Virus record (IMG/VR): IMGVR_UViG_2049941000_000098
Length of the DNA: 64,000 nucleotides
Direction: 5' to 3' (one strand)
Source of the DNA: an uncultured virus (IMG/VR IMGVR_UViG_2049941000_000098)
Taxonomy: Duplodnaviria; Heunggongvirae; Uroviricota; Caudoviricetes
In this document: one piece after another, positions 11,595-22,634 of the stretch
Layout: every line of letters starts with the position of its first letter
Position numbering within the stretch: position 1 is the first letter of the stretch
Position numbers and translations under genes: made by a program
Notes under the pieces: generated by a model
Seen by the model: the letters and a program-made list of their open reading frames with translations, nothing else
Told to the model about the DNA's origin: nothing
Databases searched by the model: none

Positions 11595-12182
11595 TTAAAA
11601 TTTATCCGCATATATATTGAACATATCTTCCAACCGTTTGTTAATGTCATCCAAGCGTTTATAATAATCTTCTTCATCCAAAACACGTAACCCTCCTTCT
11701 CTCATCACTAATCGTAATTGTTCTGATATTGAATGTTTTTTTACGTGTTTTCTTAATATTTCCATTTCGGATTCGACACGTTTATCGGTTTCATCAGGTT
11801 CGTAATGTTTTTCCCACAAATAATCTTCTTGTTGATTGGGTTCGTCCCATTCACTTACAATAACAATATTACCGTCATACTTATCTTTTGTTAGAAAAAG
11901 GTCATCATCGTCTTTTTCGTTTTTTTCTTCATATCCTTCCCCTATTCGTTCATCATCCACCTTACCCCTTACGGAATATTCCACACACCTTTCATATTTA
12001 TAGGCATTTTCAAAACCATCGTTGGGTGTTGTTATTTTAACTAAACCAATTATCGGCATATTGCACGAACAATCGGTGCATAAAGCGTCCCAACAAATGA
12101 TACGGACAGGTAAACCCTCTCTTGTTACAATACGGTATTCACCTGATTTCGCTTTTTCGATTTCAAATTTAACAAGTTTCAT
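11595..12182 (-). CDS. Hypothetical phage protein
   Basis: 195-aa ORF, VTREGLPVRIICWD...DLFL. Confidence 0.7.
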   Translation of the reverse strand: MKLVKFEIEKAKSGEYRIVTREGLPVRIICWDALCTDCSCNMPIIGLVKITTPNDGFENAYKYERCVEYSVRGKVDDERIGEGYEEKNEKDDDDLFLTKDKYDGNIVIVSEWDEPNQQEDYLWEKHYEPDETDKRVESEMEILRKHVKKHSISEQLRLVMREGGLRVLDEEDYYKRLDDINKRLEDMFNIYADKF

Positions 12183-12193
12183 ATCTGTACGTT

Positions 12194-12580
12194 TTAAAGT
12201 TCCGTCGGTAACACTATCGTTCCGACGTTACAAATATATAAANNNNNNNNNNTATTGGGTACTACTGTAATGAATTTATCGTTGTCGGTCACGGGTAAAA
12301 ACTCCATATTGTATTTTTCCGACACAAAACCCATCCATTCCTCCATATTGTGTTTCGCTTCGTCAAACGTATCGTAATGCCAAAATCCGCCGCAATTGTC
12401 ATCCACGCGTGTTTCCACCACGTAACGCAAAAAGAATATTTTGACGATTGTTCCGTTACGAAATTCGCCGTGCCAAACTTTTATCGTGCGCCCGTCCTCA
12501 TTGGTGAATGTCGCGCCACATTTGATTTCACCGTTTTTGATACCCAACTTGACGTTGTTAAAATCGAATTTGTTTTCCAT
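12194..12580 (-). CDS. Hypothetical protein
   Basis: ORF spanning a small gap. Confidence 0.55.
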   Translation of the reverse strand: MENKFDFNNVKLGIKNGEIKCGATFTNEDGRTIKVWHGEFRNGTIVKIFFLRYVVETRVDDNCGGFWHYDTFDEAKHNMEEWMGFVSEKYNMEFLPVTDNDKFITVVPNXXXXLYICNVGTIVLPTEL

Positions 12581-12595
12581 GATTGATATTGTTTT

Positions 12596-12911
12596 TAGAT
12601 TTTAAATTCGTCCAACATCACACCGCAAATCAAATACGGTAAAACGGTTTTGAACGCGGCGACGTTGTTCACCGTACACAAACCGATGGTTTCCTTAATG
12701 ATACCTTCCCAATTTTGCCCCACAACCCACCACCAANNNNNNNNNNGGTGATTTTCCAATCGTTGTTTTTTGTGTTTTCAACAAATATGTTGTGGAATGG
12801 TAATTGTTTCATAAACCTGTTAAAAACGCGGACATATCCGTTTTTTTCAAACATTTCGTCGGTCAAATCCATTCTCGACAAATCGTTTTGTTGTTGTTTC
12901 GTTGTTTCCAT
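12596..12911 (-). CDS. Hypothetical protein (frame broken by gap)
   Basis: METTKQQQ...LTDEMFEKNGY; after the gap another frame reads ...YLICGVMLDEFKI-stop. Confidence 0.5.
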
Positions 12912-12930
12912 ATTGCCATTTTTTAAAAAT

Positions 12931-12974
12931 TTTGTGTCACTATCGACGTGGCAAATATATAAATAATTTTAATA
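12931..12974 (-). promoter_or_regulatory. Conserved promoter/leader element (copy 1) containing TATATTTG
   Basis: 40/44 identical to 63858..63901; contains the Bacteroidota -7 consensus TAnnTTTG. Confidence 0.75.
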
Positions 12975-13001
12975 ATACAACATTTGTTACGAAAAAAAAA
13001 T

Positions 13002-13034
13002 AAAAAAATGCGGAAACACTTTCATGAATCCGCA
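13002..13034 (-). terminator. Probable intrinsic terminator
   Basis: tgcgga...tccgca stem followed by a T-run on the minus strand. Confidence 0.55.
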
Positions 13035-13077
13035 CCATCACACAAATAAAAAATATACTTATGAATTTGAAAAGGCT

Positions 13078-13834
13078 TTAATTAACATGTTTGCCGTCGG
13101 CGGTAAATTCCCAATCGTTACCGATAATGAAATCTTCAACAACTTCTTCGTCGTAACAACGGTCAATTTCACGTTCCCATTGGTTTCTTAACGCGTTACC
13201 CAAACCAGCAAAAAACGCACGAATACCTTTGGGTTTTTCTTCACCGCTTAACACATCGTCAATATATTGTGATACCGCTTCATCTGTGTACACACCTGTA
13301 AAATACCACGAATCTTTGTATTTGAAATTGTTTTTAACTATATTTAACCAATCGACAACGGTTTCGTAACTATCTTCGTCAAGAGAATACTCGTTGCTGA
13401 TATTCCANNNNNNNNNNNNNNNNNNNNNNNNNNNNNNNNNNNNNNNNNNNNNNNNNNNNNNNNNNNNNNNNNNNNNNNNNNNNNNNNNNNNNNNNNNNNN
13501 NNNNNNNNNNNNNNNNNNNNNNNNNNNNNNNNNNNNNNNNNNNNNNNNNNNNNNNNNNNNNNNNNNNNNNNNNNNNNNNNNNNNNNNNNNNNNNNNNNNN
13601 NNNNNNNNNNNNNNNNNNNNNNNNNNNNNNNNNNNNNNNNNNNNNNNNNNNNNNNNNATCATCTTTGGTTTTTAAACCCATTTGTTCGGTGATTGCTTTA
13701 GACGTTTCAATAAAATCGTCGTTCACCCATTCACATTCTTGTTCACCAACCTCTTGGGTGTATAGTTTTAAAACGTTTTGTTTTGCCTGTTCGTCCAATT
13801 CATCGAACGCGTATAATTCAATACTTCGTGCCAT
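13078..13834 (-). CDS. Acidic hypothetical phage protein spanning a gap
   Basis: MARSIELYAFDELDEQAK... joined to ...FIIGNDWEFTADGKHVN. Confidence 0.65.
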
Positions 13835-13855
13835 AATCGTATTTATATTTAATGT

Positions 13856-14062
13856 TTAAGACCATCTGTTAATTTCACTCAATGCCTCACTCCACGCATT
13901 ATACGCTTGAAACATCAAATCAACCGCCTTTGTTGGAAATCCCAAACTATCCGCGTAATCCGCAAGATTTTGTATTTGGTCGCCCATCATTTCGGCACGT
14001 CCAATAAATCTTTCGGCTTCGGGGTCAAAACCCTCGTAATCATTATCTTTTATCCGTTTCAT
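13856..14062 (-). CDS. Small protein with MKRIKD leader
   Basis: 68-aa ORF. Confidence 0.65.
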   Translation of the reverse strand: MKRIKDNDYEGFDPEAERFIGRAEMMGDQIQNLADYADSLGFPTKAVDLMFQAYNAWSEALSEINRWS

Positions 14063-14344
14063 ACCCTTACTGTTTTTTAGATTTGTTATACATAATATTC
14101 AATATCTTGAGTCTCGTAATCTGCAAAATATTCATTATCATATTGTGCAACACTATCGGCAGGTATATACGCTTCGCCATCAAAATCAAAACGACCCTGT
14201 TTTAATATGTTTGATAATTCGTTTTGACCGTTACCATTCATAATAGCATCCGCTTCTTCAGGGGTGCAATCCAAACTAATACCGATACGCATCCATATCG
14301 TTCTGTTTTCGTTCATATCCTTACTGTTTTTTAGATTTATTGTA
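14060..14344 (-). repeat. 31-bp imperfect direct repeat (14060-14090 / 14314-14344) flanking a single gene
   Basis: tacaataaatctaaaaaacagtaaggatatg vs tataacaaatctaaaaaacagtaagggtatg, 28/31 identical. Confidence 0.9.
14086..14316 (-). CDS. Small acidic hypothetical protein (cargo between direct repeats)
   Basis: 76-aa ORF. Confidence 0.7.
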   Translation of the reverse strand: MNENRTIWMRIGISLDCTPEEADAIMNGNGQNELSNILKQGRFDFDGEAYIPADSVAQYDNEYFADYETQDIEYYV

Positions 14345-16478
14345 ATAGTTGTATTTAGTTCCGTAAATAAGAACCGAGCCTGACGGTACGACTTTCGGCA
14401 TAGTCGTCAGTCCCTCCTGTGCGAACATCGCGCCGCCCTCAACGCCCTCGTCCTTGATAAATTCAGGTACGTCGTCGCACACCCAACATTCGTCGGACAT
14501 CTTGCGTTTGTAGAATTTACTGTCGATGACACCCAGGTTGTTGGTTTTCGCCGCCGCCGAATAATAGTCGTCCGCAGGTACGCAATTGTCGGAAATGATT
14601 TTCTCGACATTTGCATCCTCGGCGTTCAATTGTTCCGCAACCTTTTCGCTTGAACCCATAATCGGAATCCAATTCTGTACCGTGCCGTTCTCACATTCCA
14701 CTTGGATTACGGGCGACAAATCACCATAGTTTACCGCCGCCGCCGACAAACATNNNNNNNNNNNNNNNNNNNNNNNNNNNNNNNTCACTGTCCGATATTT
14801 TGAAATTGTATTTTTTCAATATCGGTAATTTATCCTTCAACGCGTCGATAACCTTGTTGGCGCGTTTGTCACCGTTGACCAACAGTTTTGCCAACAAAAC
14901 AGCGTTGCGTTCGGAATCGTGGACGTTCAATTTTATTTTGTCAACCTTGTCCTTGTCCTCGTCCTCATCGTCCTCATCCTCGTCATCGTCCTCGTCGTTG
15001 AATATGTCTTCCGATTCACCGTTGTCAAGTTCGTCACCCTCGCCGCTTTCGGTTTCAATATCCATATTCAGGTTGTCATCACCCGATTCGTCACCGTTCA
15101 ATTCCTCATTAATCGATTTTTCTTCGGGGTTAATGTCGTCAACCGACAATTCCGACAGGGCTTCAAGTTCGGATGTGTCACCGTTGGCGAACGCCTCCAA
15201 TGCCGAACCCAAACTTTCAAGCAATGTTTTTCCGTCACCGCCGTTACCCGATTCCTCACCCAAACGTTCGTCGATTTGGTCGATAATGTCGTCTTTCACT
15301 TTCTGTGTGTGCGCCGATTTTTGCATCGATATTTCGGTCACGGAATGTGCGAACGCCCTGTCCATGCAATCTTTGACCCGCACGCGTTCGCCGCAACGTT
15401 TAGTGTAACGTTCGACAATATCGTTCATTGAATCACTTACATTCATCAGGCGACCGTTCAACATGTCGTCAGCAAGGTTGTATGCGTCGTCGATAATCAG
15501 GGCTTCCACGTCGTCAAACGATTCTTTCACCGTGTCTTCAACGCGTTTGCGTTCAATGCGTCGTTCGGGACGCGGGAATTGTTTTCGATTGTCAGCGATG
15601 CGTTTTGACGGTTGTGGACGCTTTCTTTGTGAATCACCGAGATTCAACTTGACATCGGGTGTTTCGTCTTCGGTTTCGTTATCCAAATCATCCCCGCCGT
15701 CAATATCCAAATCATCACCGCCGTCAACATCCAAATCGTCGGATTCGGGTTCGTCATCACCAACAACACCGTTATCTTCGTCGATGGTGTCACCGAACGC
15801 GATTGTCAACGCGGTCTGTAACGATTCGGTTTCAAATTTGTTATCCTCAAGAAAATCATATAGAATGTTCAACTCCTCTTCGTCGGCGGTCAGGTCAAGT
15901 TCGTTGTCGATGACCTTGTTGATTATGTCAATCACAGCCGCTTCCTGTGGGTCGCTTTCATTCAATATGTCTTTGTATGATTCCAACATACGCAGTTCGT
16001 CGTCTTTGCGCGAATACGCGTATTTTGTCAATAGGTCGTTGATGACATACAAATCCTGAATCTCGATTTTACGGTTCAAATCACGGCGTTCCAATTCGCC
16101 GCTATCCAAATCGTCACGAACCTTCACAGCGTTAAGGGCGCGTAACACCTTGCGACGTTCCCCGTCCGACAAACGCGACAGGAATTTGCGGCGTTCCGCG
16201 TTCCCCATATCCGCGATTTCGTCAATCGCGTGGCTGTCCAACACAATGTATTGTGTCTTTTGCGGACGGTCAACCTGTGTAATCCGTGAAATGCGTGACG
16301 GTTTGTAGTGTGACTTGTCGCTTATGCGCGACAATGTTTTATTGTTGTTTTTGATTGCGTTAATCGCGTCGTCAAGCACGGTTCTTTTTTGCCGCACGAC
16401 TTCAAGTCCGCGTGCAGAACCCTCGGTGCGTTCTTCACCGTTGCGGATTTTTACCAAACCTGTTAGAAAATCACTCAT
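14321..16478 (-). CDS. Large acidic protein, putative prohead scaffold/core protein (two ORFs joined across a gap)
   Basis: D/E-rich low-complexity tracts, DDLDxDGG repeats, many [KR][IV]xD motifs; own promoter. Confidence 0.55.
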
Positions 16479-16503
16479 TTCGTTTTTAATTTATAAACGT
16501 TTA

Positions 16504-16534
16504 CAAAAATATGTTTTTTATGTTACAATTCAAA
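16504..16534 (-). promoter_or_regulatory. Bacteroidota sigmaA-type promoter
   Basis: TTTG-N19-TATTTTTG upstream of the 16478 start. Confidence 0.65.
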
Positions 16535-16539
16535 ATTTT

Positions 16540-17871
16540 TTAGAACGGGGGCAAATCCTCAAAATCACCGTGCATTTCGGTAAACGAATAGTCAATATCG
16601 TTCATATCCGCCCTGTCAAACTTCTTACCCACCATCATAACCGACGGGGTGAATGACGTTTTGAACGGAACAGGAATCGGAACACCAAGACGGTTTTTCA
16701 ACATAGACACTTTCGTTTCCTGTGTTATCTTCATCGCGTCCGACGTGTATAGGAAAACACAATATGACGACGAACGTTCGACCTCGTTCAGGTCGGCAAT
16801 AGCCTGTAGGTCGTACTGACCCTCACGACGTATCGCGCGTCGGTTGCCCTCGCGGTTGCACTGAACCGCCCACACCATCACGATTTTCTCACCGTTTTCG
16901 TTCTTGAATGTCTTCGCCGCCGACGTTAATTGTTTCAGGATAATATTGCCCGTTTCGGGGTACAATAGTTCCAACTGCCCCACATGGTCAACAATCACCA
17001 TATCCAAACCGCCCATCTTACGTTCCGCCGCCTTGAATAGTTTGTTTATCTTACGGTAATCGGTCATCACTTTTTTTGTGATTTTGGATTCGTCGATAAT
17101 CAACAGGTTGGGGACGACATCACGTTTGAAATCGGGTTCAAGGGAAACAACTAATTCCCCGACGGACGAATCCAACGTGTGATGTTCCATATTGTGTACG
17201 TCAACCGCCAACTCACGCTCGAACATATACCGCGTTTCAAACTGTTTCCACACCATGTCGGGCGGCAACTCAATCGACAATATCATCACTTTCTTACCGC
17301 TTGCGATGTTCGTGTACGCGGTGCTGTCACACAACGTCGTCTTTCCGTGTCCCGTGAACGCGCAGAATGAAACCACCGTGCCACGTTGGAATCCGTTTGT
17401 GGTTTGGTCAAGTTCGTCGATTCCCGTCATCAACCCGCTTTCAAGCGGCTTGTCAACGTCACCGTACAGTTCGGGTTTGCAATCGTCGAAATTGAACTCC
17501 GCGTCGGTTGTCGTTTCCGTGTCGTTCACCAACCGTGACAACCCGTTAAGCAAATCCGACGAGGTTGACGTTTCATTGATGACCTTTGTGGCGTTTTTTA
17601 AAAGGGTCTGACGCAAATAGAAGTCCACCATCGATTTGTAGTGCAGGACTATTTCCGCTTCCGTCTTGGCTATCGATTCGGGTTTGTCGTACAGGTTCGC
17701 GAAATAATCCGCCGACGGGTAATTCCCGTGTTCCGCACATTTCAAACAGTAATCCGCGACATTCTTGTCTTTTTGATTGATAAACGGAAGTGACGACATG
17801 TTGTACAACATATCGTCAATAGGGATTGACTGTTTCAACCCCGCGATTGAATAGAAGAATTTTGCTATCAT
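16540..17871 (-). CDS. dnaB: DnaB-like replicative helicase
   Basis: MTGIDELD..TNGF, Walker A AFTGHGKTT, ILSIEL, VIVDHVGQL, QCNRE, LKNR; ATG at 17871. Confidence 0.9.
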   Translation of the reverse strand: MIAKFFYSIAGLKQSIPIDDMLYNMSSLPFINQKDKNVADYCLKCAEHGNYPSADYFANLYDKPESIAKTEAEIVLHYKSMVDFYLRQTLLKNATKVINETSTSSDLLNGLSRLVNDTETTTDAEFNFDDCKPELYGDVDKPLESGLMTGIDELDQTTNGFQRGTVVSFCAFTGHGKTTLCDSTAYTNIASGKKVMILSIELPPDMVWKQFETRYMFERELAVDVHNMEHHTLDSSVGELVVSLEPDFKRDVVPNLLIIDESKITKKVMTDYRKINKLFKAAERKMGGLDMVIVDHVGQLELLYPETGNIILKQLTSAAKTFKNENGEKIVMVWAVQCNREGNRRAIRREGQYDLQAIADLNEVERSSSYCVFLYTSDAMKITQETKVSMLKNRLGVPIPVPFKTSFTPSVMMVGKKFDRADMNDIDYSFTEMHGDFEDLPPF

Positions 17872-17879
17872 AGATTTTT

Positions 17880-18080
17880 TTATTTGTGATGTCCTAAATG
17901 GTATTTGTTGCAAACGTCACACAGGTACGGTTTGTATTTGAAACTGATACCGTTTTCGTCCCGATAACGTTTCGCGTCGGCGGGGGTATCGAAAGCCATC
18001 TTGGGTTTCATAACGCCACCCTTGCGCGTCCAATGCTGTTTCAGACCGCCGCTGTATATCGATTTCATATCACCCCCCAT
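17880..18080 (-). CDS. Small Zn-ribbon-like protein
   Basis: K.AF.T...A...PYLCDVCNKYHLGH. Confidence 0.65.
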   Translation of the reverse strand: MGGDMKSIYSGGLKQHWTRKGGVMKPKMAFDTPADAKRYRDENGISFKYKPYLCDVCNKYHLGHHK

Positions 18081-18177
18081 TCGTATTTTTCTTTGTAGTC
18101 CATAAATTTAAATTGTTTAAATTGTTATAGTTCAATATCTTTATCAATTCCACATAGTTATCTATAATATTACGTAT

Positions 18178-18755
18178 TTAATATAAATCTTCTGAAAATA
18201 ACTCACCGTCTACCCCATTCGAGCCATCTATTTGTCCTGCATTTAGTGCAATTTTATATGCTTCTTTCCTATTTACAAATACACCTTTATTAGTTATAAA
18301 ACCTTGAGNNNNNNNNNNNNNNNNNNNNNNNNNNNNNNNNNNNNNNNNNNNNNNNNNNNNNNNNNNNNNNNNNNNNNNNNNNNNNNNNNNNNNNNNNNNN
18401 NNNNNNNNNNNNNNNNNNNNNNNNNNNNNNNNNNNNNNNNNNNNNNNNNNNNNNNNNNNNNNNNNNNNNNNNNNNNNNNNNNNNNNNNNNNNNNNNNNNN
18501 NNNNNNNNNNNNNNNNNNNNNNNNNNNNNNNNNNNNNNNNNNNNNNNNNNNNNNNNNNNNNNNNNNNNNNNNNNNNNNNNNNNNNNNNNNNNNNNNNNNN
18601 NNNNNNNNNNNNNTAAAAGGTAGTATATCACAAATCATAGGATGCCTGTATCCACATAATACAAATCCAGTTTCTATACCATAACTTTTCTGAAATTTAT
18701 ATTCAAGTCCATTATCGTAATGAACTGCGGCACAAAGTATGTAGTCAGTTGTCAT
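18178..18755 (-). CDS. Hypothetical phage protein spanning a gap
   Basis: ILCAAVHY...VLCGYRH ... QGFITNKGVFVNRKEAYKIA...ELFSEDLY-stop. Confidence 0.65.
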
Positions 18756-18774
18756 ATCTCAAAGTTTTTTAAGT

Positions 18775-18951
18775 TCAATCAAGAATTTTAAATGGCACTC
18801 CAATATCACCACTCACTACTTCTGCGTTATCATATTCAATAATGATTCTTGAGTGTGGTGGAAAATTCTTCTGCAACCACTCGTTAAAGGGTTTTGCGAG
18901 TTCCTTGAACTCATTCTCCATTTCGATTTTTTCTTTTTTAATACTTTTCAT
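18775..18951 (-). CDS. Small hypothetical protein
   Basis: FKELAKPFNEWLQKNFPPHSRIII...; 5' end adjoins a gap. Confidence 0.5.
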   Translation of the reverse strand: MKSIKKEKIEMENEFKELAKPFNEWLQKNFPPHSRIIIEYDNAEVVSGDIGVPFKILD

Positions 18952-18962
18952 ANNNNNNNNNN

Positions 18963-21544
18963 CATTGTAAAGTGATTGTAAACTATCTTCACAACATTTA
19001 TCAACCATATTTATAGCATATTTTAAATCTTCCATCTGCTCATCAGTTGGTTTCCAATGGGACTGCGGATTATGATTAAGCCATTTATCCATCCATTGCC
19101 CAAGTTCTGATTCTTCTTTGAGTGTTATTACGTTAGTCACTCTTTGAGAATGCACAATACGGCATAACCACTTTAACATTTCCTCATCCTCCTCACTCCA
19201 CTCTTGTTTTTGTTTTGGTTGCACTCTGTTTTTAAGTGAATTTAGAAAATCAATATTTTTTCTGCATTCCTGCTTTGATGGAAATATTCCCTCCTCAAAG
19301 GAAAACACGATTCTGGTTAACGTTTCCTCATCCTCCTCACTCCACGTAGGATTCTGCTTAATGTTTATTTTATCATCTTCCAATAATTCTTCGTATTGTT
19401 CATCATCATTGTCAATTCCCATCATTACTAATACCTTTTTATCCGCATCCCATTCATAGCCTGCTTCTTTCATTTTTGAAAACAAAAGGTCACATTGTTC
19501 TTTTGTTGCAGGATGAATATCGCATTTATTTGCTTCTGTGAGAGAATAGAGACTGTCAGTTACAAATTCTTTACCATCANNNNNNNNNNNNNNNNNNNNN
19601 NNNNNNNNNNNNNNNNNNNNNNNNNNNNNNNNNNNNNNNNNNNNNNNNNNNNNNNNNNNNNNNNNNNNNNNNNNNNNNNNNNNNNNNNNNNNNNNNNNNN
19701 NNNNNNNNNNNNNNNNNNNNNNNNNNNNNNNNNNNNNNNNNNNNNNNNNNNNNNNNNNNNNNNNNNNNNNNNNNNNNNNNNNNNNNNNNNNNNNNNNNNN
19801 NNNNNNNNNNNNNNNNNNNNNNNNNNNNNNNNNNNNNNNNNNNNNNNNNNNNNNNNNNNNNNNNNNNNNNNNNNNNNNNNNNNNNNNNNNNNNNNNNNNN
19901 NNNNNTTGTTTCTACTCCTTTGTGATTTTTAATTTTGTAATTATACAATGAAATTTCGTTTTTGTAACAAAGTACATCACCATCCTTTGCATCTTCAATA
20001 GTCCAAAGTCTGAATGTTTTATCCGCAGTTTCAATATCTATAAAGTAGTCATCGTCACGATAATACATATCATCTTTTATTGACATAACCTTGAAGGTAA
20101 AATCAATACCGTTTGTAATCCAATCGCCAACCTTGAATTTCGATTCAATCTTATCGGCAGGGTTCTGTTCAATCTTCTTCAATTCTTTCTTTTCGGCATC
20201 CCATTCATAGCCTGCTTCTTTCATTTNNNNNNNNNNNNNNNNNNNNNNNNNNNNNNNNNNNNNNNNNNNNNNNNNNNNNNNNNNNNNNNNNNNNNNNNNN
20301 NNNNNNNNNNNNNNNNNNNNNNNNNNNNNNNNNNNNNNNNNNNNNNNNNNNNNNNNNNNNNNNNNNNNNNNNNNNNNNNNNNNNNNNNNNNNNNNNNNNN
20401 NNNNNNNNNNNNNNNNNNNNNNNNNNNNNNNNNNNNNNNNNNNNNNNNNNNNNNNNNNNNNNNNNNNNNNNNNNNNNNNNNNNNNNNNNATCAATCTCCA
20501 TTTTATAATGGTGATATTGATGTATGGTAGCAAGCAGATTGTATTCTCCTGCCAAATGTCTATACACTTGTTGCCTTTAATAATTCGTTTTAATAATTTT
20601 ACTTTCATAGTTATTTAAATTAAATTAGTTGAACTTACTATCTTTTCAATCGTAATGGGTGTTTATATCCCATTAGATTTCCCAAATATCGTCGTGCCTC
20701 GNNNNNNNNNNAATAAGAGGTCACGCTGTTCTTTGGTTGCTGGACAAACCTCTTTATCAGACCACCAATGATTACCTGGACTTATAAGAAAGAGGTTTAC
20801 TGAATCAATGCCACAATATGCTACGGGACAATTAGGATTATTGGAATCTAATAAACCCTTAAAAATAAATGGTCTGTTGTCTTCTTTTGTAACAAGCACA
20901 TCACCATCCTTTGCATCATCAATAGTCCAAAGATGAAATTCACTATCTATATAATCAATATTTGAAAAACCTTTTGTACCATCAATAAATTCGATGTCAT
21001 ACGTATTGTTTTTGATATTCGTTATCAATGTAGGATTAAGTCCGTCACAGATAATCCAATCACCAACTTTAAACTTTGGTTCAACCTTATCAACAGGCTT
21101 CTGCTCGACAAGTTCGTAGTCATCTTGTTCACTAAAATGTGCAACTAATCCGCCTTCAAGACGATACTCTTTGTCCAACATATCAACTTGAATGATTTTA
21201 TGAGAATTATGTATATAATCTCCACCAAGTTCCTTATGTATAATCATATCGCCTTCGTGAAACTTCGGTTTAACTTTATCAACAGACTTCTGCTCACCTT
21301 GCTTTTCAAGCCAAGCAATAACATCTTTATTATCAAAGTTATTGAGTAGTTGAGCATTCCATTCAAAATATTCAATAAGTTCTTTCCTTATCATCTCATC
21401 ATCACTCTCCGCAAGTTCTGGAAAAAGATACTCTAATGTTTGTTTAACATCACTGTACATTTTTTGCTTCCCTTCAAAAAAGTCTTTCACTTTTTGGAAA
21501 ACATACTCATAGGCTTTCGCTCTCTCGTAAGTAGTCATATTCAT
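18963..21544 (-). CDS. Long modular repeat protein, fragmented by gaps and a misplaced insert (20490-20701)
   Basis: Repeated PKFKVGDWI, LWTIxDAKDGDVL, PATKEQxDLL, MKEAGYEWDAxKK and WSEEDE modules across ORFs 20663..21544, 19907..20226 and 18963..19578. Confidence 0.6.
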
Positions 21545-21726
21545 ACTCTTCTAAATTTAGTTAGACACAATTTGTATATGCGCAGGAACACCAATGATTC
21601 ATCTGCGTAGGTCTCTGTGAACTTCATAAAGTCACTTTCATAGTCTTTCGCCCATGATATGCACAAAAGACCTATCCTTATATTCCACTTAAACTCGTAC
21701 ATATCCGCAAGGTTTATAATCACCAA
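21541..21726 (-). CDS. Hypothetical protein
   Basis: 61-aa ORF in a coupled run. Confidence 0.45.
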   Translation of the reverse strand: MVIINLADMYEFKWNIRIGLLCISWAKDYESDFMKFTETYADESLVFLRIYKLCLTKFRRV

Positions 21727-21884
21727 AGTATTTAATAACCCAAAACAACCAACCTACCCTACAATCAAACAATCTCCATTTTATGATGGTGATATTGATG
21801 TACGGCAGCAANNNNNNNNNNNNNNNNNNNNNNNNNNNNNNNNNNNNNNNNNNNNNNNNNNNNNNNNNNNNNNNNNNNNNNNNN

Positions 21885-22126
21885 GAACAATACCATTCCG
21901 TGTCAAACTCAATCATGGTCTGAAATTCGTCCGCGAACCAATTTTCACCCTCATACGATGTCAAACCCGAAAGGAATATCTGTTTAAACGGTTTTTTTTC
22001 ATCTTTGAATAGTGTTTCCCGAATCCCCACAACCTCTCGCTCACACATCACATAAGAACAATCCGTAACATATTCCATTCCGACCCACCAAACCTTTGTG
22101 CCAATCGGATGTTCAAATTCATTCAT
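21885..22126 (-). CDS. Hypothetical protein, 3' end in gap
   Basis: MNEFEHPIGTKVWWV... Confidence 0.55.
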
Positions 22127-22601
22127 TAGCCTGTGGGTATTTCAGTTTGTACGGACAATTCGGGTCAATAAACACGGCGACCTTTCCGCCGTTGTGTACC
22201 GACGTGTCGATGAAGTTCTCTAACATGTTGATTATCTTTTCGGATTCACCAATCGCCTTTGTGACCGTAATGAAACTTACGGGCGAATTGATTTCTTCGA
22301 CGGCGTTGACAACCAAATTCAACGCGGTGTTCGTTGTGTACGGAGTGACCTCCGCGTTCTTTTCAAACGCGAACTGCATCGCGACCGATTTCGCTATGTC
22401 TTTTTTACGACTGTACAACACGTTGTGATGTTCCGTGTTTTTGACGGGCGTGTATTTGAACGCGTCCGACTTTTCCCGTAGTATGTTGCGCATCAGGAAA
22501 CGCGCATGGATTTGCCAAAACCGTTTGCATTGGCTGTAAAACAGGTATTGACATTCCGTACAACCTGCCTGTTTCGCATACTGACATTGTTGGTAACTCA
22601 T
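22119..22601 (-). CDS. Hypothetical protein with N-terminal Cys cluster
   Basis: CQYAKQAGCTECQYLFYSQC. Confidence 0.65.
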   Translation of the reverse strand: MSYQQCQYAKQAGCTECQYLFYSQCKRFWQIHARFLMRNILREKSDAFKYTPVKNTEHHNVLYSRKKDIAKSVAMQFAFEKNAEVTPYTTNTALNLVVNAVEEINSPVSFITVTKAIGESEKIINMLENFIDTSVHNGGKVAVFIDPNCPYKLKYPQANE

Positions 22602-22634
22602 AATTTATTTGTGTTTAAAAATTCCTTTTCAAAG

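Noticed and set aside
20490..21811. Duplicate LLPYINITIIKWRL coding sequence (about 20493-20533 and 21771-21811) as another gene-end duplication
   Set aside because: Both copies end at N-gaps and overlap as the 5' and 3' halves of one gene with synonymous differences; better explained by strain variants and mis-ordered contigs
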